DNA of 46,821 bases from Bigelowiella natans CCMP2755 (Eukaryota; Protista; Cercozoa), in assembly GCA_000320545.1 (NCBI GenBank), contig ADNK01000042.1:1-46821 (forward strand), read 5' to 3'. The translations under genes and the position numbers were made by a program. Each line of letters opens with the position of its first letter. Within the stretch, counting starts at the first letter, position 1. A model generated the notes under the pieces. That model had not been told where the DNA came from, did no database searches, and saw nothing but the letters and a program-made list of their open reading frames with translations. Positions 25,654 through 37,933 of the stretch are shown one piece after another.

Positions 25654-26081
25654 CTTGCGTGACGACAATTAAGTGTGCGGTAATCCAGACCAAAAGAAAC
25701 GGCCAGACGCAGCTGCTGCTTACGAGAAGGCCCTGATCTCCTTTATTCTCCTGGGTATTATGCGCCCGACGTCCCGACGATCCGTTCGTATCATCACCAC
25801 CACCATCATCATCATCATCATCATCATCCTCATCGCATCTGAAGAACCATTTTAAATATGATTAAGTCGTTAAGTGCTCGCTTCTGGCTGCTTGATCGAA
25901 TCACATTCGACAGAAACCACGCGATTTTTATGGTATTCGCATGCCTCTGTGAGGCGTTAGCATAGAATCGGCCTACATTATTTGAACAATTATGTAATAG
26001 AAATATCTTATCAAAACATATCCGAACGGTCAACAGCCATCAAGGAGCGAGCTAAGAGCGCATCCAAAGCTGCTTCGCCAT

Positions 26082-27000
26082 ATGAATGCGGTACGAGTAG
26101 TTTTTAGACTGCTTCCTTGGAAAGGAGAAGAACAGTTGAATGTTACATCTTCACACTGTTTGTACGTCATTTAATCTTCGTGGTTTCACCGATACTCAGG
26201 TCCCCGTTGTTTCAGTTGTGCTAGTGGCTCTCTTGGCCCTTCTGGTGCAGCGCTATGACGTCGAAATGGCTCAGTTCTACCTTCGGATAAAGGTCTGATG
26301 CGGTGCGGTATTAATCACGATGACGGTGATGCTATTACGAGAGAAAGTGAGAATTAAAATGATTGGTAGACCAGCTCTTCTTCCCCATTCTCACCCTCCC
26401 TCACAAACGCGTCGGCCTATCACCTTTATCTTACGCTCCGGTTCGCCTACTGGATGACCTGGGTTTTTCCAGCAGCGCTTTCCATCATCGTTGCGGTGTT
26501 TCATCTCGATGTATATGTGATGTATAGTCCTCATCCATGTTCAACAATGAGAAATTATTCGTTTTGACTACTACCGATGCTATAGCATTGGGATGCCCTC
26601 AAGTCCCTCAAGCTATCTATGAAAGAGGCAAACGGTCCTCATGATCGAAACCACTTCTACTTTCAAAGGGACCGATCGGCGCCTGGGGGTGAGTGAGCGG
26701 CACGTGTAACGGGGCGTGATTTCGACTTTTTTGACTTCTATAACAAAACCTCCTCGCTTCGCAGACCGAACGATTGTCGTATTGCCTGAGCTCGGCATGA
26801 GCGCTGAAGAGGCGAGCAGCGTGATGATGGTGAATTGGAAGAGCATTCCTTCTGATGTGACTATTGTCTTGGTCGAGTGGCCCGGACACGGACATAACGG
26901 CAGACAGGGTGACACGAGATTCAGAGGTGCAGAGAAAATATTAATATGTAATTTATTTTTCTCTTCCCTCCCCCCTCTCTCCCTCCCTCCCTCTCTCCCT

Positions 27001-27061
<61 letters not shown>

Positions 27062-27907
27062 TGTGTGCGTGTGTGTGCGTGTTTGTTATTTTGGAATGCC
27101 AATACATGTATCTGTATCAACGACGAAGAGAATGCTTTTTTGGATGTAAAAAAGGCTACAACATACCAGAAGCTGCACGATGGCTGCACGAGTTCTTGCA
27201 GGTTTGCTATACGAGATATTGTGCAATTTTTGAACAGAGTTCACATACGTAGAAATATCGTCGTGTTGTTGTACAAGGTTCTCGATATGGGGAGCGCACA
27301 AGATTTGACGATCTTCGGGTGTTTGTTCATCGTACTAATCGATTGTATGTGCTGTTCAATGTGTCTGACAGACGATTCAATCGATGATTTCATATATAGC
27401 ATGTAACGGTGATACGTTTTTCGCTAGATTTGGGTATGGAGGCGGAGTCGCACTGCATTATCTCAATAAGCATCCTGACGCGAAGAGAATATTGAGGCAA
27501 GATTTAAAACACTCACACACACACGCACACACACACACACACACACACACGCTCCGTATGACGCACTGAGCCTGCTCATATGATGTATAAGCTGAAACGT
27601 GTGTTTTTTATTTAAAGATACTGTCTGGTAAATCCGATTGTCTTCGAGATCCTGACGGAAAACTACATGCGTAACTGGTGCCAGACTACGAGCTGTGAAC
27701 ATCCACTTTTAGCATGGTTGGTGAAAACAGTAGCACTTTGTTCAATCTTTACTACGACTCCTACAAGCGAATAACAATGCACTACTGCAGGTACGATCTT
27801 GAGTCGTATTACAGAGCTAAAGATTGGGAGTCAGTCTCAAAGCCGATTCTGTCTGCGATTCCTAAGGTAGCTAATCTTGGATTGCGCGTGTGGTTTATGT
27901 AGTATAT

Positions 27908-27945
<38 letters not shown>

Positions 27946-28532
27946 ATATATATATTGTCCGTTGGGAGCTGCAAAATTACACGATGCTTTGGCTTGTCAA
28001 TGATCAAAGGCCAAGGTTAGGAATCGCCAGAGTACAACCGCACAGGCCTATTGGGAAAAAATCAATCGGCACGTCTATTACTCCAGCGTTCCATTGAATA
28101 AGAAGAGACTCAAATTTCATGCACTACCGACTTCAGAAAAGACAGAGGTTGTTCTTGCACTTCTTCGAAAAGCTGCGTGTTGATGTTACATTTCCACATC
28201 TAAACTAAAGTCAGTGAAATAAATTCTTTGTTTGACAGAGCTTGATGTTCTTTGGAGAAATCAACAAGATTGTTGACTACAGAAAGTATTGAAAACTTCT
28301 AAATCAATTGCATATGCACTAGCTAACTTCACGATCAACTATGTACGCACCACGATTTTTCAGGACTGATGTATTGAAGGACATGCTTCCGCCTTGGAGA
28401 AACAAGACAAATCTCATCATCAAACATGCTGGCCATCTTGGGTATTCCAGCATTTTTCCACATCCATCTACGATTTTTGATGTTATTACCAACCAAGTTC
28501 AAGAGTTTCTATTTAAAGAGTTTCCCGTGTAA
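26082..28532 (+). CDS. Membrane-anchored alpha/beta-hydrolase-fold protein (ABHD6-like), probably catalytically inactive
   Basis: N-terminal anchor VPVVSVVLVALLALLV, then TIVVLPELG, IVLVEWPGHG, nucleophile elbow IFGFGYGGGVA, LMFFGEINKIV and IIKHAGH near the C-terminus. Confidence 0.8.
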
Positions 28533-29000
28533 ATTGCAATAGAATTGTTTTTATGGCTAAGAATCGAGATGGGGGTGATCAAAGTCTAGATGCTGTAAAA
28601 AATTATTAAGATGATTTACAGGCACTGCTAAGAAAATTTAACAAGCGATGTGAGACTCCGCTGTTGTGACGTAGAAGCAAAGCATGCAAGCATAAAATGA
28701 ATGTAGCATAAAAGCAGAACACATGGCGCGATGTCCAAATTCGGCTGATGATCACATCTACATGCTACACCGCCATGCTAGGACCAAGCGACATTGTGAT
28801 GCACATGTACAGCTCAAGGCTCCAACAGCTCAGATTACGAGACCAATTGAATGCCATCATGAATCGAAACGACTAACTGAAGCTTAAAAAGAGGCACGGA
28901 CCGCTGTGTGCGCACCGCACGACGACAGCATGCAGACGATGCTTTCAAATTGGCAAATACATGAAACACTACATGATAGACGAGACAAATAGACGTGACC

Positions 29001-29082
29001 TAAGCGCTGTAGTCGGTGCTTTGCATAGCTACAATCAGGATGACTATTGAAAAGATTTAATCAGTTCATTACATCCGTCTCA
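29001..29082 (-). repeat. Dispersed repeat copy A (homologous to 37853-37933)
   Basis: Its reverse complement aligns by hand to 37853-37933 with 10 substitutions and 1 gap over 82 nt. Confidence 0.9.
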
Positions 29083-29254
29083 CAGCTCAAGGCTCAAGCT
29101 AGTTAATCTAGTAATGCTATGCCGATCGCGCATGCTGTGTAAGGTCTATGTCTAGATACCGATCGTCTGTGCATGCGAACATATATACCATGAAGAGCCG
29201 TATTGTATGGATACATGAAAGATAGTCGATCATTATTGCTCATTCTTGTGATTT

Positions 29255-29786
29255 CTATAACGTCATTTTAAAAGCTTGGTTTCTTGCTTCCATGGCAACA
29301 GCATAACTATTATATCTTTTGTTTGCATGATCAAATTTTTCTCTATCCTTCATTATTGCTAACATCACGTGCTCGGTTTCTACTTTGCGACCGGGCTCTG
29401 TTATATCGAGAGCATCCTGAATCTAGAGAATATAAAGGTCCACCGGTTGGTTAGTTTGTTTAATATGTGAAACTTCGGAAATGAACTTACCAACTCACGC
29501 ACGTACTCTTGAACCACTTTGTCGAGAAGATCAACTGTTTCTTGCAATTGCGGGGTTGATATCCCGCTTTTTTGTAAAATTCCATTCATAATATTGTGTA
29601 CTGAAGATAACAACAAATATGTGAGAAACATGGACGACGGCTACAAACGTGATGCTTACAGTTGTGCTCCGGTATCTTCTCTCTTCGCTTCCTTGATCTA
29701 GTTTTCGTTGTGGCATGTCCGGAACTCGTGCCCTTTCTCTTTCTGCAAACTGAACTCGACTCGGTCTTCTCAGCAGCCTGGGGCAT
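29255..29786 (-). CDS. TAF13: TFIID subunit 13-like histone-fold protein
   Basis: Spliced product is MPQAAEK...KRREKIPEHN|LHNIMNGILQKSGISTPQLQETVDLLDKVVQEYVREL|IQDALDITEPGRKVETEHVMLAIMKDREKFDHA...EARNQAF. It resembles TAF13 'ESVDILEDLVIEFITEM...RVQVEDIVFLIRKDPRKF'. The start could lie further upstream. Confidence 0.7.
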
Positions 29787-30451
29787 CTCACTGAAGACAC
29801 TTGTTTTCACAGAAGAAATTTACGCCTTGTTTGTTATGCTATCGTGACTTGGTCTGCTGGTACACCAATAGAAGACCTGAGCAAATGTTCGACAGATTTG
29901 ACAAGGCTGCCGAGCCCTCCAGACCACCAGAAACTCCGTCACCCGCCAATTTACATAGAAGTGACGATGAAAGATCTTCCGCAGCTTCTGTTCTTCTGTC
30001 CTTCTTCCTCCCTTCTTCTTCTAGACGTCACCACATTTTATTACGATGTAGTCATAATATGCTTGTCGTATTCTCAATATCCCCTATATTCACGGCATAA
30101 ATACATCCTTGTCGTAACTGGTTAGCTCATGCATTATTTCCATTATCATTACGAGTTCCACAGCAATCTATCTCTTTCACCTGATTTTCCCCCTTTAGCT
30201 CCTATTTCCGTTGTCGTAGACTCAAAACGGCATACTTTCCTTCTTATTCGCCTCGGTTGCCCGCTTCGCGTGCACAGTGCTCGTTCGCCTCCTCCTTCGA
30301 GTGCCCTTCGGAACCCCATCGTGAGAATTCCAGTTAACAGAGAGTAAGGAAGTGTGGCTGGCCGGTTTGTAGTAACGTAGTAACGCTTAGTGCACCGTTA
30401 TTCTGCACGTATTGGGAAGCGAAAATAGAGGAGTAGGATCTTATACCTGGA

Positions 30452-32374
30452 ATGGGACGCAAGAGTAAGAATCCTCCTAGGAGATGGGGTGGAGCCAATC
30501 CGAACGGCGAATCTACCAGCATAATCTCGTCATCATCCACTGGTGACACGGACGCAAAGACTTCTACGACAAGAACCAACATTATCATTCGTATTCGGCA
30601 TTCAAAGGGCATGAAGCGGATCAATGTTGGCCCATCGGACACGGTTGTGCTCCTCGATTTGAACCCCCTCCGCTTTTTCCTAACCTTTTCTATCGCCACC
30701 CCTTCCTAAATACCGTCATCTCGAACGTCTTTCAGGTAGCAGATTTAAAAAGAAAAGTGAAAGCAGAGCTCAACATTCCAGCCTCTCGCCAGAAGCTGTC
30801 TGTGGGTAAAGCCAGATTGAAAAAGCTGTATCTCGAAAATAATCCGCCGTTTCGTAGGGAGCATTGCATTGGAACGAGAAGGAGCCAAGGTGATGAGCAT
30901 CCTTAGTCATGGGGAAATCGTGACTCTCTCCGGTAAGCACAATTTTATGACAATTGGCAAAGAACTAATGTGTGCAACGCAAGTAAAACGTTTTTACCAG
31001 TATCTGAAATGTGTGTTCTTCATGCGAGCGCAATATCTTGAGGAGACAACCAATTTTATGTACATCGTAGATACTAGTTCGTGGAGTTTGCGTGTGTTTG
31101 ATAGTGTCAGAATCCAGCACTACATAGTTCACGTCGATCTGTACTTGAGCACTTAATTCCACGTTTTTCCCATCCTAGCCGTTGCAGCACCCAAACGAGC
31201 TCGCACATCCGACAGCTCCAATAGTGACGCCAAAACGGAGAAAAGTAAGAAACAGAAGAAGGGGAAGTCAAAGGAACGGAGTGGTCCCGAAGTAAGTTTT
31301 CACAGATCGCAACGAAGCGTGGGTTCCAGATGAATTAGCTTGATCCATCAGGTGTATGCAAGAGAGGGATCGTCACCGGAAGAAATTGCGAAGTCTATTC
31401 GTCTCTTTGAGGCTGGGTAATCGTAATAGTTATATTACGAGGAGCCTGTGATAACGTCTTTCTTGTTGTTTATTATCATTCAGCGGAGGAATGGAGAAGG
31501 CTGGCGAGCGGGTACGATCGTTTCAAGCTAAGAATCATTAAGAAGAACACACGCCATGCGCTGTAGGAACGAGTGTAACCATTCATTTATCCCCAGGTGT
31601 TCTTGACTTCAATGCAGGAGTATCGCCTTTCTTCAGCAACGGCCGACAAATATAAAATCACAGAAGTTCGTATCCATCATTGTTCCGCAGTCTTCTCTAT
31701 GAATAACTAACTTTTCATCAGTGCCTCGTGCCATCTGACTTCAGTAGCCAAGCTGTTTCTCGTGGAGAGAAATTTCTAAGGTTTGACCCGAACGTTCGAC
31801 TATGATGCCGGGCGCTGCTGAGAGGCTTTTCACGTGCAATGCACGTATCTTTTATTTCAGCGTTCAATTCTCACATGCGAGGAAGAAAATGAAAGAGATC
31901 GTCGTATTATATGACGAGGACACAATCGAAGGTTTCGTAATAATTTGCGACATCACATGAATGGACTTTCAATGTCTAATATTCACAACTTCAGCCGTGA
32001 TCAAAGAGGCAGTCAAGAATCACACAACTGCTAAACGCACCACGTTGAAGAGTTCACTCCGTGCAATAGGTCAATAAAGAGCTGTAAAACACGCACAACT
32101 GTGGGTTTCATCTCGGCAACATATAATGTTTATATTCTATGCTGCATCTATCTAGGAGCTCAAAGAGCTGCATATGCTTCCCCGCCCTTATTTTGGAGCG
32201 TATGTCATTCGTATCCCGACAAGGACGGTACCTATCTTTGGCAAAATTGCTATAATAAGTGCCGATGACATTCTCAAATGTGTTGAATAATGGTTAATTT
32301 CAGTTTACGAAGCATTTAAATCCCTAATTCAAACTGCTTTCGAAGAATTCAAGAAAGACATCGAAGGAGATTAA
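30452..32374 (+). CDS. Protein with an N-terminal ubiquitin-like (Npl4-N-like) domain and an uncharacterised C-terminal domain
   Basis: IIIRIRHSKGMKRINVGPSDT|VADLKRKVKAELNIPASRQKLS...ILSHGEIVTL fits a UBL fold. Downstream short exons splice in frame to ...AYASPPLFWSV...KKDIEGD*. Confidence 0.7.
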
Positions 32375-32939
32375 TAAATTGACTGCGACAATTCTGGAGT
32401 ACATAATTGTCACACTAGAGCGTTTAAATGAAGTTAAAGATTATTAGCTTGCAATGGATTGTGCAACTCCTGCACCGCATCGGTACTATTGCGACTACAT
32501 GTAGCACAGCTATGGATGTGCGCATGTCATGAGCAGTACGTCATCCGATAAGAATCCGTGCATCAGCGATCAGCTCTGCAATGGAACTACCAAAGCGTGC
32601 ATGGCCATCTTAGCATGGCATGCAAGCTCACCATCATGCAGCACACCGCGGTGCGCTGTGTTGCAGGCCATGTATGTGGAGCGGTGCATTAGTACATTGA
32701 CACAATTCGCGCAGCGGCATTATACACGCGTTGTGGGCTATTCAATCAATTTCTCATATTCTCCAGCAATCTAGCAATGTCGGGGCTGTCATGCAATGTG
32801 TGATACTGCAATCAGCTGTGATCATCAGTTAACCTGGAAAATGTGTGACAACAATGAACGCGTCTAAAGGGCGTTCTTGGTACCTAACCCCGACAACAGG
32901 AGCTAGAGGAGCCCTAATGAACTGAGAAATCTGAAATGA

Positions 32940-33932
32940 TCACTTGTCTGGAGCGCTTTTTCCTGCGAAATTTCTGTTCGCGTCAAACGTCACAGACAAA
33001 CCATAATGATCTGATGGCCTTTCGAGATCATCATCTTTTAATGTACTGTGACCGATAACACCGCTACCAAAATTTTGATTGCTTGAATTCGTTGAGGACT
33101 CTCCAGTGTTCTCACCGTCTGGTTGATCCCTCACTTTCAGATTTCCAATGGGTTCACGCCCAATCCGCACAATGCTCTTAGGAACGAAACTGACGGGGAA
33201 CAAATAATCACGGATGGCTGTGTTCGCATGAGCATATCTTTCCACCGTGCAAGTGTAGTACTACCTGGTGGATTTGTAGTGTATCTGATCGATACGCATC
33301 TGCATGTCCAAGACTGTGTAAGATTCCTGTCAAAATGAACACCTCTGTCAACTCTAAGATTTCTCTCTCTCTCTCCCCCCCCCCCCCTGCAATTGAAGGC
33401 ACATGAGATCCTCTCGTGAACCTTCTTCGTTTTCTTCGGATAGACCTCCAGCCACACGTCCTTGAAATCGGTTGGAATGGCCTTCTTTTCCTTGCTGTCT
33501 GTGTCGTCTGAAAAGAGTGAGATCGGAAAACGAGTATAATGAACAGCGGAAAAGAATTAATATACTTGGGTAAATCGGATGAGGGAATAAACTTTATGAT
33601 CTCTATGAGTGAAGAGACCAGCGTCGAAGTTAAAGTCCCCAAGAAAGAAGCAGCTTTTTGTTATTGTTGTTGTTGTTGCTCTCTGCATCTCCTTTTGCTG
33701 CGCGGTAGAGGGTGTTTCTAGCAACTTAAAGCCTGCTTCGAGCTGCTGCTTACGGGTCTCTACGTTGTCCATACTCTCCAGATGTCCGGTGGCTATTCTG
33801 GCAATTTCGTTTGGAGCCAGTTGAAGTGTCGCAATTAGAATTCGTCTATTCATCCTTGAAGGAACAACGTGCAGTGCCTAAATATAATACGACCACCGGA
33901 AAATGTATATGATGATACTACTAGATACATAG

Positions 33933-33987
<55 letters not shown>

Positions 33988-33992
33988 TCACT

Positions 33993-34030
<38 letters not shown>

Positions 34031-35120
34031 GAGTGTGAGAGAAAGAGAAAGAAAGAGAGAGAGAACTATGCATATCTCAGACCCAGTCTTCCAGTCGGAG
34101 TTTCTTCGAGATGCACATAAGCACTCCATACTGCAACTTGCTCCTGATCAACATTAACGCTGCTGATTATAACGACAACACTACAGCAATAACGTAATAT
34201 GATTGTGATGATGATGATGATGATGATGAGGTCATGAGAAGAGGAGGGAAAGGAGGAGGACGACGACCCTCGCAGCGTTGATCCGACAGCATCGGAAATG
34301 AAGAATTCCGATTGAATACGTGGATTTGCAGTTAATATTTCTAGAAATACAGGAGTGACTTCCTGACTGGTGGGAGGAGGAGGAGGAGGAGGAGGAGGAG
34401 GAGGAGGAAGAGGACAATACAAAACAAAAAAAACAACAACACCATCAACAACACCCAATGTGTTAATACATACACAATTTTACATAGATAAATCTAGTCT
34501 AATCATCTTTAAACAATGGGGCCAAAACCCCCCTCCCTCCCTCCCTCTCTCCCCCCTGGATGGAGAGTAATGCGGAAGCTATGAAGAAAAGTACAGGCAA
34601 ATAATGTGGGGATCTTGCTCCAGGACAAGTTTGATAAGTGCCTTTGCTCGTGCTTCCTAACATTGATGCGAGGACAACCCTAAGATCCAGGAAATTCGGA
34701 GAATACTCATGCATTACTACTACTACTAGCACAACAACTACCTGGTTTCGACTGCTGAACCAAACATTGTATGTTACAAAACGAAGTTCCTTTGGAAGAA
34801 CACAACTGGCACAGATATCACAAGAGCTCGATTTCTCGTCATTTGCAGATTTCTCCATTTGGGTAACCAGACTCCTCCTACGCCTCCATTTCTTGCTCTT
34901 ATTTTCATCACCCCACTCCAATATTTGCAGCGTATGGATTCCCGCCTCCTGTTCCTTGAGATACTTAGGCTGGGATTTATCCGTCCCCATGTGAATGCGT
35001 TTGCTGGAAAGGAGAGAAGAGATGTCGTATTATGAGTAGATTTCTCTCAAGAGATAGCATGGTAGGTGGACCTTGTGCCGTCTTCAAATATGTATTCAGT
35101 GAACAGTTCCGTTTGCTGAG

Positions 35121-35169
<49 letters not shown>

Positions 35170-35478
35170 ATGGTGAAACAAATTAAGCCAGTTATGTTTA
35201 AGACCACATCATACCCCTTCAACTTTCAAAGACTTCATCCGAATTGTCGTCTTGCTTGCAACCTACGTTGGGGGGGGTTGGTACATATCTCCCAAAAACA
35301 AAAGCAATCAAGCGGCAGAAAGCTTGAAGCCTCACCTTTTTCCCGTCAATCATCTTTTTACCTTTCTGCCGCTTTTTCGCAGCTTTTGCCTAGATGAGTC
35401 CAATTTCAGTGCAGCAGCGTAAATACGTGGATATGTACCCTTTCTTCCCATCAATACATCTCCTATTCGAACCACCAT
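32940..35478 (-). CDS. TDP2: Endonuclease/exonuclease/phosphatase (EEP) family protein, tyrosyl-DNA phosphodiesterase 2-like
   Basis: EEP motifs appear in order: LRFVTYNVWF, QEVTPVFLEIL, SRMNRRILIA, IATGHLES, RKQQL, FLGDFN, RIDQIHY, IGREPI, PSDHYGL. The 5' exons and start are uncertain. Confidence 0.85.
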
Positions 35479-36011
35479 ATTTCCTCCCCTGTCCCGCGTT
35501 CGTTCTCTCGACGACCAGTAGCGCTTTGAAGTCCATCTTGGGCTATGGTCAAGGTTCGGCTGTAGTAAGTAGATGGCCGATAAAAGAGCGAGTACTCGGG
35601 GTGGGGATGGATCTCGGAAGCAGCCGATGGAAAATACTCCAGGAGCACGAGATATCTCGAGATACATGTATGCGCCGCGAAATTCAAATTTAATTTAAAA
35701 AAATAGATTAAAATAATTATTTTATACGATAATTTATCGGTGTTACAATAATTTTATCGGCAACATGTGTCCTACATTTGTTCTTCTTTGATCGAGCACC
35801 CGCCAGCTCATTCTCATCCTCCCCTGTGTGTGTCAGCGAGCGATCCAAGAACATCCTGCTGCTGCTGCTACTGCTGCCGCTGCTGGCCCCCATCCCATCC
35901 TCAATAGTGGCCATTAAGGCCACTCCTCCGTTGCGATAGATGAAAGCCTAGAAGACGACTGCATTTGCCATCGTATCCTGAGCTGCTGCTGCTGCTGCTG
36001 CTGAACCACAA

Positions 36012-37679
36012 ATGTCGTCTACTTCTTCCCCCTCTGTGATCCCGCGGTCCGCCAAGGAGCGATCGGAAGGGTGGGTTGTCAGCGGGCACGTGGGCCCGTA
36101 TGCAAAGACAATGGGAGTATACAAAATGGAAGGCGAAGCGAAGGACCACCAATTCAAGCATGAAAAAACAAAAGCCTACCTGTAATTAATTATCACAAAA
36201 ACAATTTCTCATCAACATACCGTCGTGGCCGGCACGCTGTATTTCCTTCGTGCGGTGACGACGTTCAGAATTGTGAAACGCGAACCCTTTCCCTTAGGTA
36301 TTTCCAGGCTGAAGAGAAGAGATGGACTATTTCAAACGTAATGGGCGCGTCCCGATGTTGGATGTTCGCGCAGCAGTCAACTGAGTCATCGCCAGAACAA
36401 CAAAGGCAGAAGGTGATAACTGAAGAGCACGATTGGCCTCCTGTACTGGATCATCAATAACCATTATCATCGTGAGAGAATAATACTTTCAGGGTCAGAG
36501 AGACGGCGGAGTGCACCCACAAGGAGCCATAACGGGTTGGAGATATTTGGACCCGGAGAAACGTAAATGGAAGGTATGGGACAGCATCTTTTGCTCTAAT
36601 TACATCCTCTTTAATGTACTGCTCATCAATGACTCAATCTCTGCCCTTAAAGCGTGATAGGAATATGAAATGCATCAAATTCTCGCGGATTAGATTTCGT
36701 CGGTTGAAACCTTCAAAGGCTGCTGAGAAGGCAGAAGAGGTGAGATCTCAGTCCCTCCCCCACATGCTGGGGACAAATGGGGAGGACGTATCCGGTGAAA
36801 TAGCAGAAGAAGAAAAACTATACCAAGATCAACACAACCGACTCAAGGTGTGATAACTATTATTATTATTATTATTAATTATGATTCACCCATAAGCAGC
36901 CCAAAACAAAAGATAATTTGGACGAGGATATGGTGCTGTTGTAACATCCTACATTCTAACCTTTATCAGTCGATGGAGCGCCTGATGAAAGAGCTAATCG
37001 AAGAGAACAAGGAGCTTATGGGGGAGTTAAGTCTCGCTGATTCTGAGATGCAAGGAACAACCATTCGAGAGGACGCATCATCGGCAGAGAGAGTCTCTCT
37101 GGAGACCAAGAACGGAGAACTAGAAGCCAAGGTGTAACATCTTTTATTAAAGGTGTGAGCGCAGCTGATAGGCTGCTCCCTCACACATATGCAGTTCCCT
37201 TACTTATATCCTAAAGAAGGCACATTTGCATGTTTATTTCCAAGGTCGAGCACTTAGAAGGCAGAGCCAGCGCTCTCCAAGAAGAATCAGGTTTGTGCAT
37301 GGTTTTCTCTCTCCACATTAAGTAGCATTCAGTGCGCGTGGCACGTGATGATTCTTTGAAAAATTGGCCGATCGACTAATTTAGAGGAGAGGGAGGAGCT
37401 CGAGCATTATGTGGCGGGAATGGTGGAGACCGTCGGGATCCTACATCGCCAGCTGGACCAACTTCACACAAAATGTCACGAGGTCTATCTACGTTTTACT
37501 ACAGAGTGGGAGTTTGCACGCGCGCATTGGTGATACTTGGCTTCATTTACGATATTAACTAGGTTGACAGGCAAATGTTAGCGCTAAGTACGGAACCGCG
37601 TGGCAGGGCGAGCAAGAGCGTGAAGGATCATAATGCTGATGATGATGACGAGTATGTCAGTGATGAGGAATCTGTTTGA
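36012..37679 (+). CDS. Uncharacterised protein: Trp-rich N-terminal domain plus C-terminal coiled coil and acidic tail
   Basis: Splices to MSSTSSPSVIPRSAKERSEGWVVSGHVGPYAKTMGVYKM...AYLYFQAEEKRWTISNVMGASRCWMFA...ITGWRYLDPEKRKWK...MERLMKELIEENKELMGEL...DDDDEYVSDEESV*. Confidence 0.65.
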
Positions 37680-37852
37680 TCTCCACAAGCAGCCCAGAAT
37701 CGTTCACACAGAGTCGCAGCAGACTTACTCGCTATGCTGCTTCGTTGTTTTAATCATCTCCATTGAGAGGATACACCATGCTAGGATGCATACATCACCG
37801 GCAAACTGAGCAAAAGAATCGATGGTTGATGCCATCATGCCTTGCGTAGATA

Positions 37853-37933
37853 TGAGACGGATGTAATGAAATGTTTAAATTGTTTCAATGGTCATCCTAA
37901 TGTAGCTGTGCAATGCAGCGGCTACAGCGCTTA
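37853..37933 (+). repeat. Dispersed repeat copy B (homologous to 29001-29082, inverted)
   Basis: TGAGACGGATGTAATGAA...CTACAGCGCTTA is shared with copy A. Confidence 0.9.
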
